The notes under the pieces are model-generated. The model searched no databases and was not told the origin of the DNA. It saw only the letters and a program-made list of their open reading frames with translations. Source: Promethearchaeota archaeon Loki_b31 (GTDB taxonomy: Archaea; Asgardarchaeota; Lokiarchaeia; Sigyniarchaeales; SOKP01). Taken from it: 11,752 nucleotides of DNA. A program made the position numbers and the translations under genes. The stretch lies in assembly GCA_005222975.1 (NCBI GenBank), contig NJBI01000081.1:1-11752 (forward strand), in the 5' to 3' direction. Shown here in pieces: positions 1-6,288 of this stretch; positions within the stretch are counted from its first letter, which is position 1, and the number at the start of each line of letters is the position of its first letter.

Positions 1-11
1 CTTCTAACGAC

Positions 12-485
12 TTAATTTTTAACCTTGTATTTTTCCAACTTCACGAGCCAATATATACAATGAATAGTGGAGACCAAAGTACATATTATAATGATTATAA
101 TACCGCCTACCATGCCCAATAGACCAAGTATTGACCCCAAGATTATTGAAAAAACAAATCCCATAAAAAATATAAAGAGGTCGATTATTAATACGATTAT
201 TTGGTGAGCCAGCACGTGTTTATTGCCTAGTTTTGCACGAGAAATCAATAGACATCCTTCAACTAAAAAACAAATAAAAAGTAAAAAGTTAGCAGAAACT
301 GGTAATGTTCTCCGAGAAATTAAATACCACCACCATAATCCCAAAGCAATAAATGTGATACCTAGTAGTAATGTATCCCCCGGTTTTATAAATGGCTTTA
401 ATGGTTCTCCTGTTTTAGATGAAATGGGTAATCCCAACTTTTTAGAATTTTTTTTTTCCAGTTTTATTCCTCCATTATAATACAC
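12..485 (-). CDS. Hypothetical integral membrane protein (~4 TM helices)
   Basis: 157-aa ORF with a basic N-terminus and four hydrophobic stretches (LLLGITFIALGLWWWYLI; FLLFICFLVEGCLLI; IIVLIIDLFIFFMGFVFSIILG; GGIIIIIICTLVSTIHCIYWLV). A GGAGG just inside the ORF suggests the true start may be ~8 codons downstream. No family recognised. Confidence 0.7.
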   Translation of the reverse strand: MYYNGGIKLEKKNSKKLGLPISSKTGEPLKPFIKPGDTLLLGITFIALGLWWWYLISRRTLPVSANFLLFICFLVEGCLLISRAKLGNKHVLAHQIIVLIIDLFIFFMGFVFSIILGSILGLLGMVGGIIIIIICTLVSTIHCIYWLVKLEKYKVKN

Positions 486-567
486 ATTATTATAGTTTTT
501 AACTATTTTCCTTTCTTTTTAGAAAAACATCACCTTTTTAGAGGTTATAAACTAATATTAAAATTAG

Positions 568-2547
568 ATGGATACAAAAAAGGATGTAAAACAACAAAAC
601 GCCACGATCGGACAAGTTTTTACGCCTAGCTATGTCGCTAAGTTTATGGTTTCAAATGTTCTCGGGCTACTTAAAACTTTAAACTATGAAGATAAATTTA
701 ATATTAAAATTAATGATTTAAAGGTTCTTGATCCTACAACAGGGGAGGGCGTTTTTTTAAAATATCTCTTGGAATACAATCTCACAAACATAACTGCGTA
801 TGAGATTGATAATCGTTTAAAATCGCAATTGGTTAAAAATTATCCTAACGTTCAATTTCGTTTTGAAAATTTTTTAGGTTCAGATATTAAAGAAAAGTTC
901 GATATTATAATTGGAAACCCGCCTTACTTAGGTCAAAATTATAACGCAAAAGTTTTTCAGAACTTGATAAAAAATTATTCCTTTTGTCGCGAATACTTCG
1001 TTGGTAATATGGACTTATTTTATTTCTTTATCCATCTTGGAATAGCTAAGTTAAAGCCCGGTGGAATTCTCTCCTATATCACAACAAATTATTGGATTAC
1101 TAAATCCAAGAAAACTGGTATTAAGTTATTGAAACCACACATATTAGACGAGTGTTTTTTAATTCAATATATTGATTTATCGAGGATAAGAGTATTTAAA
1201 GATGCCCTTGGGCAACATAATTGTATTTTTACACTTCAAAAGAAGACAGAAAACGATAAACTAAAAAAAACAAATAGGAAAATAGATATAGTACAAATTT
1301 TAAGTTCTAAACCCCAAAATCAATTTAATGACAACACTAATAATGTTATTTTTGATATGTTGAACCATTCCTTGAAACACTCCTTAAATCACAATTTTGT
1401 TACGCGATATCAATCAGCCTTAACTAACAGAGAGCTAAATAGTAAAGGCAGTTGGAATCTTTTGTATCCAATTGAAGTCAAAAATATTGTTGATAAAATT
1501 AAGTCCTTTTGTATAATTAAAGGTAAAACAACTTTCTTAAAAGATTATTTTATTATTAGAAATGGATTGATATTAATTAAAGACGAGATTTTTATTTTAA
1601 ATCCTAAGGAGAATCTAAAACTTAGGGATAACGAAGTATTCATCAAAATTAACGGCGAATTTGTTAAATTAAACGAGGAAGAAAAGAAAAGGCTAAAAAA
1701 AATTTTTAAAAGTAGATCCATTAGGTCTTATGGTTATAAAATGGAAGATTTTCATGGATATATCGTATATTTCAATAAAGAAGAATTTAAAAATCGAGAT
1801 AAGAACAAAAGGAATGAGCTAATAAAAAAGAAATACCCCGTATTAACGTCTTATTTACATCAATACAAAGAGGAGCTGGAAAAGATATTAGCAAACGCAA
1901 AAGAAAACGTAAAAGATGTATATTTTCCTCGAAGGGGCAGTTTTATTATTAGAAATGGAATTGAAAACGAGCGAAGAATAGTTAATCTTGAACCTTTATA
2001 TGACAAAAACCAAAAGATTTTCTTCAAATACATCTCAAATGACAACATATTTGGCTATTCTGAAGAGACTTATTACGCAACTTCCGATACTTACTTCTTA
2101 TGGCCGAAAGATGACGAGACGAAAGTCGATTATTTATTTTTTATCGCTTATTTAAACTCCAAATTAGTTAATTTCTTATTTAAAGCTAATAACATTTCAA
2201 TCAAGAGAAGTAAGACGAAATTAGAAGACCAATTATATGTTCCAAATGTACACAGATTTCAATCTGACGAAGAAGTTTCTAAAATATCCTTAATAAAACT
2301 CTTAGCTATGTGGATGATTCAGTTCACTAGTTTCAAGGAACCTCATAATTTAAAAGAAATTAAGGAAAAAATTCTTGAATTAAAACTTTTTTTTAATGAC
2401 AAGAATAAGATGTTATTAGATGAAATATTCGAATCCATAGAACAAAATAATCAGCAATCAGTTCAAGAAATTATTGATAAACTCCTTTTTGAATTATTTG
2501 GTTTGGAAGAGAAAGAAATAGATCTTTTAATAGAGAAATACTATTAG
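568..2547 (+). CDS. N6-adenine DNA methyltransferase, gamma class (Eco57I/TaqI-like), no adjacent endonuclease
   Basis: Motif X GQVFTP, motif I variant VLDPTTGEGVFL (~724-759), motif IV DIIIGNPPY (NPPY at 916-927), then DLFYFFIHLGIAKLKPGGILSYIT. C-terminal TaqI_C-like target recognition region (YPVLTSYL...KIFFKYIS...IAYLNSKLVNFLF). Confidence 0.92.
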   Translation: MDTKKDVKQQNATIGQVFTPSYVAKFMVSNVLGLLKTLNYEDKFNIKINDLKVLDPTTGEGVFLKYLLEYNLTNITAYEIDNRLKSQLVKNYPNVQFRFENFLGSDIKEKFDIIIGNPPYLGQNYNAKVFQNLIKNYSFCREYFVGNMDLFYFFIHLGIAKLKPGGILSYITTNYWITKSKKTGIKLLKPHILDECFLIQYIDLSRIRVFKDALGQHNCIFTLQKKTENDKLKKTNRKIDIVQILSSKPQNQFNDNTNNVIFDMLNHSLKHSLNHNFVTRYQSALTNRELNSKGSWNLLYPIEVKNIVDKIKSFCIIKGKTTFLKDYFIIRNGLILIKDEIFILNPKENLKLRDNEVFIKINGEFVKLNEEEKKRLKKIFKSRSIRSYGYKMEDFHGYIVYFNKEEFKNRDKNKRNELIKKKYPVLTSYLHQYKEELEKILANAKENVKDVYFPRRGSFIIRNGIENERRIVNLEPLYDKNQKIFFKYISNDNIFGYSEETYYATSDTYFLWPKDDETKVDYLFFIAYLNSKLVNFLFKANNISIKRSKTKLEDQLYVPNVHRFQSDEEVSKISLIKLLAMWMIQFTSFKEPHNLKEIKEKILELKLFFNDKNKMLLDEIFESIEQNNQQSVQEIIDKLLFELFGLEEKEIDLLIEKYY

Positions 2548-2563
2548 ATGAGATAATAAAAAT

Positions 2564-3622
2564 CTAACCAAATGAAATACCTCCTGATTTTGTTAACAAT
2601 CTCAGATCATCCCATAAATAACTTGTGTCGATCATTGTAGGAGAATTACAGCTATAACATTTCTCGCTTTCTTTAATGAATTTAACAAATTGAGGAAGTT
2701 GTAACACTTCACTAACAGATATTTGTCGTAAATTAGCTATAGGTTTATCAATCTGAAGACAATTTTCAATGTCTCCATTGTAGTTTACAAACATGAAAAC
2801 CTTTTTTGCGTGGCATAGGTATTGCTTTTTACCACCAATAAAATGGTTTAGATACATTTCTGAATTTAGCACTTTCGAACCGTTCTTCTTAGCGTCTAAA
2901 ATTTTTTCAAATGCTTTACTAATCTCGTTAGCATTCGCAGAAAGTATGCCTTTCTCATCTACATCACCGTGTGAATAATGGCGGACAGTATTTATTACGT
3001 TAAAAGCTACGGGAATTCCAATTTTATCTGATAAAATTATCATTTCCTCAACGCGATTTATATTATATTTACTAATTGAAAAGCTAAATTGTAGTGAAAT
3101 CAATGGATAGCTTTCTTTAACAATAGTAACAGAATCCATTATTTTATCATACAATCCAGACAACCCTCTAATCTGATCATGTTCTTCAGGTCTAGGGGAG
3201 TCCAGAGATATAAGAATAAAATCTATATCATCTCCAAATTCTTTGATTTTATCTGGAAGGAACCAGCCATTCGTAACTATTCCAACAATTGTAAATTTTA
3301 ACTCCCTTTTAACAAATTTAATAATTTCAGTAATATCTTTTCTAATGAGAGGTTCTCCGCCCCAAAGAATAGTTACTAAAAATCCTGCTTCCTTTGCCTC
3401 CAAATATATACGCTTGATTTCATCAAGTGTTAGTTCATCTTTTTTCGTATTATTTTTCCAAAGACAAGTTTCACAATCGCAATTACATTTTAAAGTTGTA
3501 AGAAAGTGAAATATAAATGGCTTAACATTTCTCTCCTTAGCAATTTTAGCAGCTAACGCTAATTCAGCAATTTGCTGTTTTTTCTTTCTTTTTATTTGTT
3601 TCGTAATTAACTCACGTTCCAT
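2564..3622 (-). CDS. Radical SAM enzyme with C-terminal Twitch/SPASM-type auxiliary Fe-S domain
   Basis: CX3CX2C = CNCDCETC (~3464-3487), WGGEP, VTNG, ISLDSP..HDQIRG. C-terminal C-X12-G-X4-C (CHAKKVFMFVNYNGDIENC) plus CYSC. Confidence 0.93.
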   Translation of the reverse strand: MERELITKQIKRKKKQQIAELALAAKIAKERNVKPFIFHFLTTLKCNCDCETCLWKNNTKKDELTLDEIKRIYLEAKEAGFLVTILWGGEPLIRKDITEIIKFVKRELKFTIVGIVTNGWFLPDKIKEFGDDIDFILISLDSPRPEEHDQIRGLSGLYDKIMDSVTIVKESYPLISLQFSFSISKYNINRVEEMIILSDKIGIPVAFNVINTVRHYSHGDVDEKGILSANANEISKAFEKILDAKKNGSKVLNSEMYLNHFIGGKKQYLCHAKKVFMFVNYNGDIENCLQIDKPIANLRQISVSEVLQLPQFVKFIKESEKCYSCNSPTMIDTSYLWDDLRLLTKSGGISFG

Positions 3623-3652
3623 AAATATATCTGTTATAGCAGATTATTTATG
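3620..3652. promoter_or_regulatory. 33-bp imperfect palindrome in the divergent radical SAM / methionine synthase intergenic region
   Basis: CATAAATA-T-ATCTGTTA|TAGCAGAT-TATTTATG: the outer 8-bp arms are exact reverse complements, the inner 8-bp arms have one mismatch, and there is one bulged T. It includes the radical SAM start codon (CAT 3620-3622). Confidence 0.45.
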
Positions 3653-3682
3653 ATTAACTATATTAGTGTTTGTGTTTGATCA

Positions 3683-4753
3683 ATGGATGAATTTGAATTT
3701 CCCCAATTTGACGATGTTGGTAGCTTCCCTCTACCCATTGATATTGATAAAGAGACATTTAATAGATTTTATTGGATTGCTTATAAAGCAATCGTAAATA
3801 AAAATGACATCTTTTTTAATAAAGGAATTCAAATTTATTTTATTAATCCCATGGTTGACTGCTTTAAATTTAAATTAAATGCTGGGGTTCAAATTATTAA
3901 TTACCCGCAACTAATGAACATGCATACCCAATTTCTAAAACCTATTGAAGATTACGAAGTAAATCCGGGTTTAATTGATGTTAACAAGGCTTGTATTCCT
4001 GAAATTTTGGTAATTAAAAAATATGCAGAAAAATATTACGAGTATACGGGTAACCCTATTAAGATTAAAGTTTGTGTCACAGGACCGATTGAGTTATATG
4101 TTAAACAACATAGTTTCACAGTCTATAACGATTTAGCTTTAAACTTTGCTAAATCAGTTAACTATTTCCTAAAAAATTCAATTCTTAATAACAAGTATTT
4201 AAAAACTTCAGTAATAGCGATTGACGAGCCTTCTTTTGGTTATACCGATCTCTTAAATATTAGCGACGACGAAATAATAAAGATTTTCGACGAATCTCTA
4301 GATGGAATTAAAACAAAGGATATAACCACCCAAATTCATATACACACTTTAAATAGAGCAGATATTCCTTTAAAAAGCAAAAACATAGATGTTTTAACCT
4401 GTGAATACGCTTCAAATAAATCCAATAAGATTTCTAAAAAAATTTTAGATCAATTCGATAAATTTATTCGCGTTGGAATTTCCCGAACCAATATTGATAA
4501 TATAATCGCGGAAACAATAGACTCTGGAAAAACATGGGAATATTTAAAAACCACCGAAGGCATGATGAGCCTTATTGACTCTAAAGAGAGAATTAAAAAG
4601 AATCTCCTTGACGCGTTAGAATTATATAAAGGGCGCTTAAGATTTGTTGGCCCCGATTGTGGATTGGGGGGGTGGCCATCTCAACAAGTTGCATCTGAAT
4701 TATTACACCGAACTAGTGAAGCAATAAAAGAAGTTAAACTCAACTTTAATTAA
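3683..4753 (+). CDS. mesC: Core (folate-independent) methionine synthase, MetE C-terminal-domain-like, probable MesC family
   Basis: FDDVGSFPLP, YPQ..M..QFL, KVCVTGP, IAIDEPS, IHIH (His in place of the MetE HxC Cys), CEYAS, RVGISRT, GPDCGLGGWP. At 356 aa it is a single barrel. The motif set matches the Methanosarcina-type MesC family as recalled. Confidence 0.83.
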   Translation: MDEFEFPQFDDVGSFPLPIDIDKETFNRFYWIAYKAIVNKNDIFFNKGIQIYFINPMVDCFKFKLNAGVQIINYPQLMNMHTQFLKPIEDYEVNPGLIDVNKACIPEILVIKKYAEKYYEYTGNPIKIKVCVTGPIELYVKQHSFTVYNDLALNFAKSVNYFLKNSILNNKYLKTSVIAIDEPSFGYTDLLNISDDEIIKIFDESLDGIKTKDITTQIHIHTLNRADIPLKSKNIDVLTCEYASNKSNKISKKILDQFDKFIRVGISRTNIDNIIAETIDSGKTWEYLKTTEGMMSLIDSKERIKKNLLDALELYKGRLRFVGPDCGLGGWPSQQVASELLHRTSEAIKEVKLNFN

Positions 4754-4863
4754 TATCCTCGTACTTTTTCTTAATCGCGTAATATTGAAATTCTCAAAAA
4801 AAGTAGAAATTAAAATAGTTCTAATAAAAATATAAGACAAAAACCAATTTAAAAAAGTAGAAA

Positions 4864-5457
4864 ATGATAATAGATTATTTAAATCAAACTATTCAATTAA
4901 AAATTTGTTATTTTGGTCCCGCACTTTCAGGGAAAACCACCACTATGAAATCGCTCTTTAATCATTTTGGAAAGAAGGATAAAGTGTTAAGTATTGAGAG
5001 TAGCGTACGTAGAACGTTATTCTTTGATTACGGAACCATTTCATTTAAAAACCAGCAATGGCTCCTCAAAATACACCTTTATTCTACAACGGGACAAGAT
5101 TTCTATATAGTTACAAGACCAGTTACACTACAAGCTATTGATGGGATTATTTTTGTAGCGGACTCACAGCAAAGTGTTTACTACAGAAATTTGACGTCTT
5201 GGAACGAATTATGTAGTTATTTTGAAGACCATATCATCAAAATGCCCAAAATCCTCTCATTTAACAAACAAGATTTACCGGATACATTTGATACTTCTGA
5301 GTTTTTAGAAAATATTAATTATTTTAAATATAAGAACTTAAAAATCAAAAAAACTATCGCAATACAAGGTGTAGGTGTTGTAGAGTCTTTTGAAGATTTA
5401 ATTGGTCTAATATTTAAAAAAATATACAAATCACAATTGATTTCTCTAATGGAATAG
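4864..5457 (+). CDS. mglA: MglA-family small Ras-like GTPase
   Basis: LKICYFGPALSGKTT (G1), RTLFFDY (MglA switch I signature with intrinsic Arg), YSTTGQ (Asp-less G3, as in MglA TVPGQ), DGIIFVADS, NKQD (G4), TIAIQGVGV (G5-like). Confidence 0.9.
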   Translation: MIIDYLNQTIQLKICYFGPALSGKTTTMKSLFNHFGKKDKVLSIESSVRRTLFFDYGTISFKNQQWLLKIHLYSTTGQDFYIVTRPVTLQAIDGIIFVADSQQSVYYRNLTSWNELCSYFEDHIIKMPKILSFNKQDLPDTFDTSEFLENINYFKYKNLKIKKTIAIQGVGVVESFEDLIGLIFKKIYKSQLISLME

Positions 5458-5460
5458 AGA

Positions 5461-5531
5461 TTCCTTCTTTTTCTTAAATTGCTTAAGTAAGGAAAAAAAA
5501 AAAATTTTTTTAAGTGTTAACCACTTATTTT
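5461..5531 (+). terminator. Possible terminator region after the GTPase gene
   Basis: Pyrimidine tract TTCCTTCTTTTTCTT just after the stop codon, a T7 run, and a hairpin TAAGTG-TTAAC-CACTTA (5511-5527) followed by TTTT. Confidence 0.3.
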
Positions 5532-5545
5532 AAAAAATCGATACA

Positions 5546-5587
5546 TTAAAATAGGTAAAGCAATTAATGTCAATTAGAAGTTGACAT
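5546..5587 (+). promoter_or_regulatory. Candidate hsp20-cdc48-regulator promoter: TATA-like box plus inverted-repeat operator
   Basis: TTAAAATA at 5546-5553 and a perfect inverted repeat ATGTCAA(5567-5573)-N7-TTGACAT(5581-5587), which spans the expected start site ~25 nt downstream of the TATA-like box. Confidence 0.6.
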
Positions 5588-5596
5588 AATTTTATA

Positions 5597-5605
5597 GAAG
5601 GTGAT
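5597..5605 (+). promoter_or_regulatory. Archaeal Shine-Dalgarno for hsp20
   Basis: GAAGGTGAT lies just upstream of an in-frame TTG at 5610. The ORF-track GTG (5601) is part of this RBS. Confidence 0.55.
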
Positions 5606-5609
5606 CTTT

Positions 5610-6257
5610 TTGTCAGACGAGTTTGATGACGATTATTATGATTTTTTAGAACGGATTAAAAAACTCCTTAAAATAGATAAAGGGGTTTTTGATGTGGATT
5701 TTTTATTTTTGCCTGAATCAAATTTTGATCCAAACCTAAATCTCCAAAATAAAAAAGTAGAAGGATTTAAGGTCACATATCATTTTGAATCTGGAATGGA
5801 AAAACCAGAGATAAAGATCGAAGGCGATTTTGACGAGAAAAAACTTCAAGAATATTTTAAGAAATTGAACCTTTCATCATACCCTCAATTTAAAATGTTA
5901 AGAAAATCGGGAAAAAAACAGGTAATGAATGTAGGTACACTTTCCTTAAAACCGGATTTTGAGCGAGAAGCCTTCTTGGAAAAAGAACCTTATTACGAAT
6001 TAAATGTGTATGATGATTACGCTGAAATTGTCATAGAAATTCCGGGAATAGAAAAAGGCCATATCATTTTAAGTTTAAGCGAGGATGGAAGAAAACTGAA
6101 AATATTGACTGAAAGTAATTTCCAAAATTTTGAAAAGGAGCTACAATTACCGTTTGAATCCACCATGAAGGATCACGTTGTAGAGGTCAACAACGGAATT
6201 GTATCTATTATTATGCGAAAAATAAACAAAAAAATTAATAAACAAAAATCAAGATAA
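5610..6257 (+). CDS. hsp20: Archaeal small heat shock protein (Hsp20/alpha-crystallin domain)
   Basis: Alpha-crystallin domain EPYYEL...IVIEIPGIEK..I.L...FEKELQLP...VNNGIVSIIMRK. N-terminal GFKVTY...KPEIKIEG segment resembles cdc48-linked archaeal Hsp20s. ORF is open from GTG 5601; TTG 5610 is preferred because of the RBS. Confidence 0.88.
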   Translation: MSDEFDDDYYDFLERIKKLLKIDKGVFDVDFLFLPESNFDPNLNLQNKKVEGFKVTYHFESGMEKPEIKIEGDFDEKKLQEYFKKLNLSSYPQFKMLRKSGKKQVMNVGTLSLKPDFEREAFLEKEPYYELNVYDDYAEIVIEIPGIEKGHIILSLSEDGRKLKILTESNFQNFEKELQLPFESTMKDHVVEVNNGIVSIIMRKINKKINKQKSR

Positions 6258-6288
6258 TAAGAATATCGATTAAAGCTGGTATAAAAAG

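Noticed and set aside
223-480. 85-aa + strand ORF
   Set aside because: Antisense shadow of the membrane protein gene, with no recognisable motifs.
1860-2048. 62-aa - strand ORF
   Set aside because: Antisense within the methyltransferase gene.
2793-3509. 61-aa and 88-aa + strand ORFs
   Set aside because: Antisense shadows of the radical SAM gene; not credible precursor peptides.
568-3622. Methyltransferase plus radical SAM as a DNA-modification defence operon
   Set aside because: The genes are convergent, not co-transcribed, and no nuclease or other modification genes are adjacent.
4797-4863. Direct repeat AAAAAAGTAGAAA at 4797-4809 and 4851-4863 upstream of the GTPase
   Set aside because: Mostly poly-A in very AT-rich DNA and only two copies; not a CRISPR array and plausibly chance.
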